Source of the DNA: Eledone cirrhosa
Taxonomy: Eukaryota
DNA: 64,000 nt
Direction: 5' to 3'
Assembly (NCBI GenBank): GCA_964016885.1
Contig: OZ024741.1
Span: 246,202,001-246,266,000 of the forward strand
Shown here one piece after another: positions 12,001 through 25,490 of this stretch. The translations under genes were made by a program, and so were the position numbers. Each line of letters opens with the position of its first letter. Position 1 is the first letter of the stretch. The notes under the pieces are model-generated. The model was not told the DNA's origin, made no database searches, and worked only from the letters and a program-made list of their open reading frames with translations.

Positions 12001-15000
12001 ATTTTTTTTTACAAATTATCTCCCCCTGATTTTTTTTTAGAAATTATCTACCCCTGATTTTTTTTACAAATTATCTCCCCCTGATTTTTTTTTACAAATT
12101 ATCTACCCCTGATTTTTTTTACAAATTATCTCCCCCTGATTTTTTTTACAAATTATCTCCCCCTGATTTTTTTTTTACAAATTATCTCCCCCTGATTTTT
12201 TTACAAATTATCTCCCCCTGATTTTTTTTACAAATTATCTCCGCCGGATTTTTTTAAATATTATCTTCCCTTGGCTTGCGGGAAATTATCTCCCCTTGGA
12301 CGGCTGAAAATTATCTCCCCTTGGACGGCTGGAAATTATCTCCCCTTGATTTTTTTTACAAATTATCTCCCCCTGATTTTTTTTTACAAATTATCTCCCC
12401 CTGATTTTTTTTACAAATTATCTCCCCCTGATTTTTTTTTACAAATTATCTCCCCCTGATTTTTTTTACAAATTATCTCCCCCTGATTTTTTTTACAAAT
12501 TATCTCCCCCTGATTTTTTTTTACAAATTATCTCCCCCTGATTTTTTTACAAATTATCTCCCCCTGATTTTTTTTACAAATTATCTCCGCCTGATTTTTT
12601 AAAATATTATCTCCCCTTGGACGGCTGGAAATTATCTGCCCTTGATTTTCTTTTTACAAATTAACTTCCACTGATTTTTTTTACAAATTATCTCCACCTG
12701 ATTTTTTTAAAAATTATCTCCCCTTGGAAGGCTGGAAATTATCTCCCCTTGGCTGGAAATTATCTCCCCTTGGACGGCTAGAAATTATCTCTCTTTGGAC
12801 GGCTGGAAATTATCACCCCTTGAGTTTTTTACAAATTATCTCCCCCTGATTTTTTTTACAAATCTCCCAGTGATTTTTAAAAAAAAATTATCTTCCCTTC
12901 GCTGGCTGGAAATTATCTCCCCTTGGACGCTGGAAATTATAGCCCCTTGGAGGGCTGGAAATTATCTTCCCTTGGACGGCTGGAAATTATCTCCCCTTGA
13001 TTTTTTTTACAAATTATCTCCCCCTGATTTTTTTTTACAAATTATCTCCCCCTGATTTTTTTTACAACTTATCTGCGCCTGATTTTTTTAAAAAAATTAT
13101 CTCCCCTTGGACGGCTGGAAATTATCTCCCCTTGGACGGCTGGAAATTATCTCTCCTTGGACGGCTGAAAATTATCTCCCCTTGGACGGCTGGAAATTAT
13201 CTCCCCTTGATTTTTTTTACAAATTATCTCCCCCTGATTTTTTTTACAAATTATCTCCCCCTGATTTTTTTTTACAAATTATCTCCCCCTGATTTTTTTT
13301 ACAAATTATCTCCCCCTGATTTTTTTACAAATTATCTCCCCTTGGCTGGCTGGAAATTATCTCCCCTTGGAGGCTGGAACTTATCTCCCCTTGGACGGCT
13401 AGAAATTACCTCTCCTTGGACGGCTGGAAAATATGTCTCCTTGGACGGCTGGATATTATCTCACCTTGGACGGCTAGAAATTATCTCCCCTTGGACGGCA
13501 GGAAATTATCTCCCCTTGGATGGCTAGATATTACCTCCCCTTGGACGGCTGGAAATTATCTCCCCTTGATTTTTTTTACAAATTATCTGCCCCTGATTTT
13601 TTTTTACAAATTATCTCCCCCTGATTTTTTTTTACAAATTATCTCCCCCTGATTTTTTTTTTAAAATTATCTCCCCTTGGACGGCTGGAAATTATCTCCC
13701 CTTGGACGGCTAGAAATTACCTCTCCTTGGACGGCTGAAAATTATCTCCCCTTGGACGGCTGGAAATTATCTCCCCTTGATTTTTTTACAAATTATTTCC
13801 GCCTGATTTTTTTTTACAAATTATCTCCCCCTGATTTTTTTTTACAAATTATCTACCCCTGATTTTTTTTTACAAATTATCTCCCCCTGATTTTTTTTTA
13901 CAAATTATCTACCCCTGATTTTTTTTACAAATTATCTCCCCCTGATTTTTTTTACAAATTATCTCCCCCTGATTTTTTTTTTTACAAATTATCTCCCCCT
14001 GATTTTTTTACAAATTATCTCCCCCTGATTTTTTTTACAAATTATCTCCGCCGGATTTTTTTAAATATTATCTTCCCTTGGCTGGCGGGAAATTATCTCC
14101 CCTTGGACGGCTGAAAATTATCTCCCCTTGGACGGCTGGAAATTATCTCCCCTTGATTTTTTTTACAAATTATCTCCCCCTGACTTTTTTTTACAAATTA
14201 TCTCCCCCTGATTTTTTTTACAAATTATCTCCCCCTGATTTTTTTACAAATTATCTCCCCTTGGCTGGCTGGAAATTACCTCCCCTTGTAGGCTGGAATT
14301 TATCTCCCCTTGGACGGCTAGAAATTACCTCTACTTGGACGGCTGGAAAATATGTCTCCTTGGACGGCTGGATATTATCTCCCCTTGGACGGCTGGAAAT
14401 TATCTCCCCTTGGACGGCTGGAAATTATCTCCCCTTGATTTTTTTTACAAATTATCTCCCCCTGATTTTTTTACAAATCTCCCAGTGATTTTTAAAAAAA
14501 AATTATCTTCCCTTCGCTGGCTGGAAATTATCTCCCCTTGGACGCTGGAAATTATAGCCCCTTGGAGGGCTGGAAATTATCTTCCCTTGGACGGCTGGAA
14601 ATTATCTCCCCTTGATTTTTTTTACAAATTATCTCCCCCTGATTTTTTTTTACAAATTATCTCCCCCTGATTTTTTTTTACAACTTATCTGCGCCTGATT
14701 TTTTTAAAAAAATTATCTCCCCTTGGACGGCTGGAAATTATCTCCCCTTGGACGGCTGGAAATTATCTCTCCTTGGACGGCTAGAATTTACCTCTCCTTG
14801 GACGGCTGAAAATTATCTCCCCTTGGACGGCTGGAAATTATCTCCCCTTGATTTTTTTTACAAATTATCTCCCCCTGATTTTTTTTTACAAATTATCTCC
14901 CCCTGATTTTTTTTTACAAATTATCTCCCCCTGATTTTTTTTTACAAATTATCTCCCCCTGATTTTTTTTACAAATTATCTCCCCCTGATTTTTTTACAA

Positions 15001-16261
15001 ATTATCTCCCCTTGGCTGGCTGGAAATTATCTCCCCTTGGAGGCTGGAACTTATCTCCCCTTGGACGGCTAGAAATTACCTCTCCTTGGACGGCTGAAAA
15101 TTATCTCCCCTTGGACGGCTGGAAATTATCTCCCCTTGATTTTTTTACAAATTATCTCCCCCTGATTTTTTTTTACAAATTATCTCCCCCTGATTTTTTT
15201 TTACAAATTATCTACCCCTGATTTTTTTTTACAAATTATCTCCCCCTGATTTTTTTTTACAAATTATCTACCCCTGATTTTTTTTACAAATTATCTCCCC
15301 CCGATTTTTTTTACAAATTATCTCCCCTTGATTTTTTTTTTTACAAATTATCTCCCCCTGATTTTTTTACAAATTATCTCCCCCTGATTTTTTTTACAAA
15401 TTATCTCCGCCGGATTTTTTTAAATATTATCTTCCCTTGGCTGGCGGGAAATTATCTCCCCTTGGACGGCTGAAAATTATCTCCCCTTGGACGGCTGGAA
15501 ATTATCTCCCCTTGATTTTTTTTACAAATTATCTCCCCCTGATTTTTTTTTACAAATTATCTCCCCCTGATTTTTTTACAAATTATCTCCCCTTGGCTGG
15601 CTGGAAATTACCTCCCCTTGTAGGCTGGAATTTATCTCCCCTTGGACGGCTAGAAATTACCTCTCCTTGGACGGCTGGAAAATATGTCTCCTTGGACGGC
15701 TGGATATTATCTCCCCTTGGATGGCTGGAAATTATCTCCCCTTGGACGGCTGGAAATTATCTCCCCTTGATTTTTTTTACAAATTATCTCCTCCTGATTT
15801 TTTTTACAAATCTCCCAATGATTTTTTAAAAAAAATTATCTCCCCTTCGCTGGCTGGAAATTATCTCCCCTTGGACGCTGGAAATTATAGCCCCTTGGAG
15901 GGCTGGAAATTATCTTCCCTTGGACGGCTGGAAATTATCTCCCCTTGATTTTTTTTACAAATTATCTCCCCCTGATTTTTTTTTACAAATTATCTCCCCC
16001 TGATTTTTTTTTACAAATTATCTCCCCCTGATTTTTTATTTACAAATTATCTCCGCCTGATTTTTTTTTAAAAATTACCTCCCCTTGGACGGCTGGAAAT
16101 TATCTCCCCTTGGACGGCTGGAAATTATCTCCCCTTGGACGGCTAGAAATTATCTCTCCTTGGACGGCTGAAAATTATCTCCCCTTGGACGGCTGCAAAT
16201 TATCTCCCCTTGATTTTTTTTACAAATTATCTCCCCCTGATTTTTTTTACAAATTATCTCC
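1..16261. repeat. 8,951 bp HOR, tract 1 (one full unit plus about 7.3 kb of the next)
   Basis: Matching ORF-track entries are offset by exactly 8,951 (516/9467, 1038/9989, 4046/12997, 5127/14078, 6716/15667, 7159/16110). Position 1 matches 8952. Identity breaks at 16262 (G versus C at 7311). Confidence 0.95.
1038..2920. repeat. Sub-HOR of 625/629 bp units (about 3 copies, 1,254 bp dimer)
   Basis: The same long A-run (GGCTGGCTGG...GGAACTTATC...AAAATATGTCTCC...GGATGGCTAGATATTACC) starts at 1038, 1663 and 2292. The marker TTATATCTCC occurs at 1441 and 2695 (offset 1,254). The triplet is repeated at 9989, 27028 and 36326. Confidence 0.9.
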
Positions 16262-19200
16262 GCCTGATTTTTTTAAATATTATCTTCCCTTGGCTGGCGG
16301 GAAATTATCTCCCCTTGGACGGCTGAAAATTATCTCCCCTTGGACGGCTGGAAATTATCTCCCCTTGATTTTTTTTACAAATTATCTCCCCCTGATTTTT
16401 TTTTACAAATTATCTCCCCCTGATTTTTTTACAAATTATCTCCCCCTGATTTTTTTTTACAAATTATCTCCCCCTGATTTTTTTTACAAATTATCTCCCT
16501 CTGATTTTTTTACAAATTATCTCCCCTTGGCTGGCTGGAAATTATCTCCCCTTGGACGGCTAGAAATTACCTCTCCTTGGACGGCTGGAAAATATGTCTC
16601 CTTGGACGGCTGGATATTATCTCCCCTTGGACGGCTGGAAATTATCTCCCCTTGGACGGCTGGAAATTATCTCCCCTTGGACGGATAGATATTACCTCCC
16701 CTTGGACGGCTGGAAATTATCTCCCCTTGATTTTTTTACAAATTATCTCCCCCTGATTTATTTTACAAATCTCCCAATGATTTTAAAAAAAAAATTATCT
16801 CCCCTTCGCTGGCTGGAAATTATCTCCCCTTGGACGCTGGAAATTATAGCCCCTTGGAGGGCTGGAAATTATCTTCCCTTGGACGGCTGGAAATTATCTC
16901 CCCTTGATTTTTTTTACAAATTATCTCCCCCTGATTTTTTTTACAAATTATCTCCCCCTGATTTTTTTTACAAATTATCTACCCCTGATTTTTTTTACAA
17001 ATTATCTCCCCCTGATTTTTTTTTACAAATTATCTCCCCCTGATTTTTTTTTACAAATTATCTCCCCCTGATTTTTTTACAAATTATCTCCCCCTGATTT
17101 TTTTTACAATCTCCGCCTGATTTTTTTAAAAATTATCTTCCCTTGGCTGGCTGGAAATTATCTCCCCTTGGACACTGGAAATTATAGCCCCTTGGAGGGC
17201 TGGAAATTATCTTCCCTTGGACGGCTGGAAATTATCTCCCCTTGATTTTTTTTACAAATTATCTCCACCTGATTTTTTTTTACAAATTATCTCCCCCTGA
17301 TTTTTTTTACAAATTATCTACCCCTGATTTTTTTTTACAAATTATCTCCCCCTGATTTTTTTTACAAATTATCTCCCCCTGATTTTTCTTTTACAAATTA
17401 TCTCCCCCTGATTTTTTTACAAATTATCTCCCCCTGATTTTTTTTACAAATTATCTCCGCCTGATTTTTTTAAATATTATCTTCCCTTGGCTGGCGGGAA
17501 ATTATCTCCCCTTGGACGGCTGGAAATTATCTGCCCTTGATTTTCTTTTTACAAATTATCTTCCACTGATTTTTTTTACAAATTATCTCCACCTGATTTT
17601 TTTAAAAATTATCTCCCCTTGGAAGGCTGGAAATTATCTCCCCTTGGACGGCTGGAAATTATCTCCCCTTGGACGGCTAGAAATTATCTCTCCTTGGACG
17701 GCTGAAAATTATCTCCCCTTGGACGGCTGCAAATTATCTCCCCTTGATTTTTTTTACAAATTATCTCCCCCTGATTTTTTTTACAAATTATCTCCCCCTG
17801 ATTTTTTTTACAAATTATCTACCCCTGATTTTTCTAACAAATTATCTCCCCCTGATTTTTTTTTACAAATTATCTCCCCCTGATTTTTTTTTACAAATTA
17901 TCTCCCCCTGATTTTTTTTTACAAATTATCTCCCCCTGATTTTTTTACAAATTATCTCCCCCTGATTTTTTTTACAATCTCCGCCTGATTTTTTTAAAAA
18001 TTATCTACCCTTGGCTGGCGGGAAATTATCTCCCCTTGGACGGCTGGAAATTATCTCCCCTTGGAAGGATGGAAATTATCTCCCCTTGGACGGCTGGAAA
18101 TTATCTCCCCTTGCACGGCTGGAAATTATCTCCCCTTGGCTGGAAATTATCTCCCCTTGGACGGCTAGAAATTATCTCTCTTTGGACGGCTGGAAATTAT
18201 CTCCCTTTGATTTTTTTACAAATTATCTCCCTCTGATTTTTTTTACAAATCTCCCCCTGATTTTTTTAAAAAAATTATCTCCCCTTCGCTGGCTGGAAAT
18301 TATCTTCCCTTGGACGGCTGGAAATTATCTCACCTTGATTTTTTTTACAAATTATCTCCGCCTGATTTTTTTTTTAAATTATCTCTCCTTGGACGGCTGG
18401 AAATTATCTCCCCTTGATTTTTTTTACAAATAATCTCCCCCTGATTTTTTTTTATAAATTATCTCCCCCTGATTTTTTTTTACAAATTATCTACCCCTGA
18501 TTTTTTTTTACAAATTATCTCCCCCTGATTTTTTTTACAAATTGTCTCCCCCTGATTTTTCTTTTACAAATTATCTCCCCCTGATTTTTTTACAAATTAT
18601 CTTCCACTGATTTTTTTTACAAATTATCTCCACCTGATTTTTTAAAAAATTATCTCCCCTTGGAAGGCTGGAAATTATCTCCCCTTGGCTGGAAATTATC
18701 TCCCCTTGGACGGCTAGAAATTATCTCTCTTTGGACGGCTGGAAATTATCACCCCTTGAGTTTTTTACAAATTATCTCCCCCTGATTTTTTTTACAAATC
18801 TCCCAGTGATTTTTTAAAAAAAATTATCTCCCCTTCGCTGGCTGGAAATTATCTCCCCTTGGACGCTGGAAATTATAGCCCCTTGGAGGGCTGGAAATTA
18901 TCTTCCCTTGGACGGCTGGAAATTATCTCCCCTTGATTTTTTTTACAAATTATCTCCCCCTTTTTTTTTTTTACAAATTATCTCCCCTTGGCTGGCTGGA
19001 AATTATCTCCCCTTGGAGGCTGGAACTTATCTCCCCTTGGACGGCTAGAAATTACCTCTCCTTGGACGGCTGGAAAATATGTCTCCTTGGACGGCTGGAT
19101 ATTATCTCCCCTTGGACGGCTGGAAATTATCTCCCCTTGGACGGCTGGAAATTATCTCCCCTTGGATGGCTAGATATTACCTCCCCTTGGACGGCTGGAA

Positions 19201-22200
19201 ATTATCTCCCCTTGATTTTTTTAACAAATTATCTCCCCCTGATTTTTTTTTACAAATGATCTCCCCCTGATTTTTTTTAAAAAATTATCTCCCCCTGATT
19301 TTTGTTTACAAATTATCTCCGCCTGATTTTTTTTAACAAATTATCTCCCCTTGGACTGCTGGAAATTATCTCCCCTTGGACGGCTGGAAATTATATCTCC
19401 TTGGACGGCTAGAATTTACCTCTCCTTGGACGGCTGAAAATTATCTCCCCTTGGACGGCTGGAAATTATCTCCCCTTGATTTTTTTTACAAATCATCTCC
19501 CCATGATTTTTTTTTACAAATTATCTCCCCCTGATTTTTTTTTACAAATTATCTCCCCCTGATTTTTTTTTACAAATTATCTCCCCCTGATTTTTTTACA
19601 AATTATCTCCCCTTGGCTGGCTGGAAATTATCTCCCCTTGGAGGCTGGAACTTATCTCCCCTTGGACGGCTAGAAATTACCTCTCCTTGGACGGCTGGAA
19701 AATATGTCTCCTTGGACGGCTGGATATTATCTCCCCTTGGACGGCTGGAAATTATCTCCCCTTGGACGGCTGGAAATTATCTCCCCTTGGATGGCTAGAT
19801 ATTACCTCCCCTTGGACGGCTGGAAATTATCTCCCCTTGATTTTTTTTACAAATTATCTCCCCCTGATTTTTTTTTACAAATTATCTCCCCCTGATTTTT
19901 TTTTACAAATTATCTCCCCCTGATTTTTGTTTACAAATTATCTCCGCCTGATTTTTTTTTTAAAATTATCTCCCCTTGGACGGCTGGAAATTATCTCCCC
20001 TTGGACGGCTAGAAATTACCTCTCCTTGGACGGCTGAAAATTATCTCCCCTTGGACGGCTGGAAATTATCTCCCCTTGATTTTTTTACAAATTATCTCCC
20101 CCTGATTTTTTTTTTACAAATTATCTCCCTCTGATTTTTTTTTACAAATTATCTACCCCTGATTTTTTTTTACAAATTATCTCCCCCTGATTTTTTTTTA
20201 CAAATTATCTACCCCTGATTTTTTTTACAAATTATCTCCCCCTGATTTTTTTTACAAATTATCTCCCCCTGATTTTTTTTTTACAAATTATCTCCCCCTG
20301 ATTTTTTTACAAATTATCTCCCCCTGATTTTTTTTACAAATTATCTCCGCCGGATTTTTTTAAATATTATCTTCCCTTGGCTTGCGGGAAATTATCTCCC
20401 CTTGGACGGCTGAAAATTATCTCCCCTTGGACGGCTGGAAATTATCTCCCCTTGATTTTTTTTACAAATTATCTCCCCCTGATTTTTTTTTACAAATTAT
20501 CTCCCCCTGATTTTTTTTACAAATTATCTCCCCCTGATTTTTTTTTACAAATTATCTCCCCCTGATTTTTTTTACAAATTATCTCCCCCTGATTTTTTTT
20601 ACAAATTATCTCCCCCTGATTTTTTTTACAAATTATCTCCCCCTGATTTTTTTTACAAATTATCTCCGCCTGATTTTTTTAAATATTATCTTCCCTTGGC
20701 TGGCGGGAAATTATCTCCCCTTGGACGGCTGGAAATTATCTGCCCTTGATTTTCTTTTTACAAATTAACTTCCACTGATTTTTTTTACAAATTATCTCCA
20801 CCTGATTTTTTTAAAAATTATCTCCCCTTGGAAGGCTGGAAATTATCTCCCCTTGGCTGGAAATTATCTCCCCTTGGACGGCTAGAAATTATCTCTCTTT
20901 GGACGGCTGGAAATTATCACCCCTTGAGTTTTTTACAAATTATCTCCCCCTGATTTTTTTTACAAATCTCCCAGTGATTTTTAAAAAAAAATTATCTTCC
21001 CTTCGCTGGCTGGAAATTATCTCCCCTTGGACGCTGGAAATTATAGCCCCTTGGAGGGCTGGAAATTATCTTCCCTTGGACGGCTGGAAATTATCTCCCC
21101 TTGATTTTTTTTACAAATTATCTCCCCCTGATTTTTTTTTACAAATTATCTCCCCCTGATTTTTTTTTACAACTTATCTGCGCCTGATTTTTTTAAAAAA
21201 ATTATCTCCCCTTGGACGGCTGGAAATTATCTCTCCTTGGACGGCTGGAAATTATCTCTCCTTGGACGGCTAGAATTTACCTCTCCTTGGACGGCTGAAA
21301 ATTATCTCCCCTTGGACGGCTGGAAATTATCTCCCCTTGATTTTTTTTACAAATTATCTCCCCCTGATTTTTTTTTACAAATTATCTCCCCCTGATTTTT
21401 TTTTACAAATTATCTCCCCCTGATTTTTTTTTACAAATTATCTCCCCCTGATTTTTTTTACAAATTATCTCCCCCTGATTTTTTTTTACAAATTATCTCC
21501 CCCTGATTTTTTTTTACAAATTATGTCCCCCTGATTTTTTTTTACAAATTATCTCCCCCTAATTTTTTTTTACAAATTATCTCCCCCTGATTTTTTTTTA
21601 CAAATTATCTCCCCCTGATTTTTTTTTACAAATTATCTCCGCCTGATTTTTTTTTAAAAATTACCTCCCCTTGGACGGCTGGAAATTATCTCCCCTTGGA
21701 CGGCTGGAAATTATCTCCCCTTGGACGGCTAGAAATTATCTCTCCTTGGACGGCTGAAAATTATCTCCCCTTGGACGGCTGCAAATTATCTCCCCTTGAT
21801 TTTTTTTACAAATTATCTCCCCCTGATTTTTTTTACAAATTATCTCCCCCTGATTTTTTTTACAAATTATCTACCCCTGATTTTTTTTACAAATTATCTC
21901 CCCCTGATTTTTTTTTACAAATTATCTCCCCCTGATTTTTTTTTACAAATTATCTCCCCCTGATTTTTCTTTTACAAATTATCTCCCCCTGATTTTTTTA
22001 CAAAGTATCCCCCCCTGATTTTTTTTACAATCTCCGCCTGATTTTTTTAAAAATTATCTTCCCTTGGCTGGCGGGAAATTATCTCCCCTTGGACGGCTGG
22101 AAATTATCTCCCCTTGGAAGGATGGAAATTATCTCCCCTTGGACGGCTGGAAATTATCTCCCCTTGCACGGCTGGAAATTATCTCCCATTGGACGGCTAG

Positions 22201-25200
22201 AAATTATCTCTCTTTGGACGGCTGGAAATTATCTCCCTTTGATTTTTTTTACAAATTATCTCCCTCTGATTTTTTTTACAAATCTCCCCCTGATTTTTTA
22301 AAAAAAATTATCTCCCCTTCGCTGGCTGGAAATTATCTCCCCTTGGACACTGGAAATTATAGCCCCTTGGAGGGCCGGAAATTATCTTCCCTTGGACGGC
22401 TGGAAATTATCTCCCACTGATTTTTTTTACAAATTATCTCCGCCTTATTTTTTTAAAAAATTATCTCTCCTTGGACGGCTGGAAATTATCTCCCCTTGAT
22501 TTTTTTTACAAATAATCTCCCCCTGATTTTTTTTTACAAATTATCTCCCCCTGATTTTTTTTTACAAATTATCTACCCCTGATTTTTTTTACAAATTATC
22601 TCCGCCTGATTTTTTAAAATATTATCTTCCCTTGGCTGGCGGGAAATTATCTCCCCTTGGACGGCTGGAAATTATCTGCCCTTGATTTTCTTTTTACAAA
22701 TTATCTTCCACTGATTTTTTTTACAAATTATCTCCACCTGATTTTTTAAAAAATTATCTCCCCTTGGAAGGCTGGAAATTATCTCCCCTTGGCTGGAAAT
22801 TATCTCCCCTTGGACGGCTAGAAATTATCTCTCTTTGTACGGCTGGAAATTATCACCCCTTGAGTTTTTTACAAATTATCTCCCCCTGATATTTTTTACA
22901 AATCTCCCAGTGTTTTTTAAAAAAAATTATCTCCCCTTCGCTGGCTGGAAATTATCTCCCCTTGGACGCTGGAAATTATAGCCCCTTGGAGGGCTGGAAA
23001 TTATCTTCCCTTGGACGGCTGGAAATTATCTCCCCTTGATTTTTTTTACAAATTATCTCCCCCTGATTTTTTTTTACAAATTATCTCCCCCTGATTTTTT
23101 TTTACAACTTATCTGCGCCTGATTTTTTTAAAAAAATTATCTTCCCTTGGACGGCTGGAAATTATCTCCCCTTGGACGGCTGGAAATTATCTCTCCTTGG
23201 ACGGCTAGAATTTACCTCTCCTTGGACGGCTGAAAATTATCTCCCCTTGGACGGCTGGAAATTATCTCCCCTTGATTTTTTTTACAAATTATCTCCCCCT
23301 GATTTTTTTTTACAAATTATCTCCCCCTGATTTTTTTTTACAAATTATCTCCCCCTGATTTTTTTTTACAAATTATCTCCCCCTGATTTTTTTTACAAAT
23401 TATCTCCCCCTGATTTTTTTACAAATTATCTCCCCTTGGCTGGCTGGAAATTATCTCCCCTTGGAGGCTGGAACTTATGTCCCCTTGGACGGCTAGAAAT
23501 TACCTCTCCTTGGACGGCTGGAAAATATGTCTCCTTGGACGGCTGGATATTATCTCCCCTTGGACGGCTGGAAATTATCTCCCCTTGGACGGCTGGAAAT
23601 TATCTCCCCTTGGATGGCTAGATATTACCTCCCCTTGGACGGCTGGAAATTATCACCCCTTGATTTTTTTTACAAATTATCTCCCCCTGATTTTTTTTTA
23701 CAAATTATCTCCCCCTGATTTTTTTTTACAAATTATCTTCCCCTGATTTTTGTTTACAAATTATCTTCGCCTGGTTTTTTTTTAAAATTATCTCCCCTTG
23801 GACGGCTGGAAATTATCTCCCCTTGGACGGCTAGAAATTACCTCTCCTTGGACGGCTGAAAATTATCTCCCCTTGGACGGCTGGAAATTATCTCCCCTTG
23901 ATTTTTTTACAAATTATCTCCCCCTGATTTTTTTTTTACAAATTATCTCCCCCTGATTTTTTTTTTACAAATTATCTCCCCCTGATTTTTTTTTACAAAT
24001 TATCTACCCCTGATTTTTTTTACAAATTATCTCCCCCTGATTTTTTTTACAAATTATCTCCCCCTGATTTTTTTTTACAAATTATCTCCCCCTGATTTTT
24101 TTACAAATTATCTCCCCCTGATTTTTTTTACAAATTATCTCCGCCTGATTTTTTTAAATATTATCTTCCCTTGGCTGGCGGGAAATTATCTCCCCTTGGA
24201 CGGCTGAAAATTATCTCCCCTTGGACGGCTGGAAATTATCTCCCCTTGATTTTTTTTACAAATTATCTCCCCCTGATTTTTTTTTACAAATTATCTCCCC
24301 CTGATTTTTTTACAAATTATCTCCCCCTGATTTTTTTTTACAAATAATCTCCCCCTGATTTTTTTTTACAAATTATCTCCCTCTGATTTTTTTACAAATT
24401 ATCTCCCCTTGGCTGGCTGGAAATTATCTCCCCTTGGACGGCTAGAAATTACCTCTCCTTGGACGGCTGGAAAATATGTCTCCTTGGACGGCTGGATATT
24501 ATCTCCCCTTGGACGGCTGGAAATTATCTCCCCTTGGACGGATAGATATTACCTCCCCTTGGACGGCTGGAAATTATCTCCCCCTGATTTTTTTTACAAA
24601 TCTCCCAATGATTTTAAAAAAAAAATTATCTCCCCTTCGCTGGCTGGAAATTATCTCCCCTTGGACGCTGGAAATTATAGCCCCTTGGAGGGCTGGAAAT
24701 TATCTTCCCTTGGACGGCTGGAAATTATCTCCCATTGATTTTTTTTACAAATTATCTCCCCCTGATTTTTTTTACAAATTATCTCCCCCTGATTTTTTTT
24801 ACAAATTATCTACCCCTGATTTTTTTTACAAATTATCTCCCCCTGATTTTTTTTTACAAATTATCTCCCCCTGATTTTTTTTTACAAATTATGTCCCCCT
24901 GATTTTTTTACAAATTATCTCCCCCTGATTTTTTTTACAATCTCCGCCTGATTTTTTTAAAAATTATCTTCCGTTGGCTGGCTGGAAATTATCTCCCCTT
25001 GGACACTGGAAATTATAGCCCCTTGGAGGGCTGGAAATTATCTTCCCTTGGACGGCTGGAAATTATCTCCCCTTGATTTTTTTTACAAATTATCTCCGCC
25101 TGATTTTTTTTTACAAATTATCTCCCCCTGATTTTTCTATTACAAATTATCTCCCCCTGATTTTTTTACAAATTATCTCCCCCTGATTTTTTTTACAAAT

Positions 25201-25490
25201 TATCTCCGCCTGATTTTTTTAAATATTACCTTCCCTTGGCTGGCGGGAAATTATCTCCCCTTGGACGGCTGGAAATTATCTGCCCTTGATTTTCTTTTTA
25301 CAAATTATCTTCCACTGATTTTTTTTACAAATTATCTCCACCTGATTTTTTAAAAAATTATCTCCCCTTGGAAGGCTGGAAATTATCTCCCCTTGGACGG
25401 CTGGAAATTATCTCCCCTTGGACGGCTAGAAATTATCTCTCCTTGGACGGCTGAAAATTATCTCCCCTTGGACGGCTGCAAATTATCTCC
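16262..25490. repeat. Diverged, rearranged satellite block interrupting the 8,951 bp HOR
   Basis: It uses the same monomers and cassettes in a different order, with many variants absent from the HOR (GACGGATAGA 16680/24537, GGACACTGG 17170/22345/25001, GGACTGCTGG 19353, CAAAGTATCC 22001, GGGCCGG 22372). The right boundary is approximate. Confidence 0.85.
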
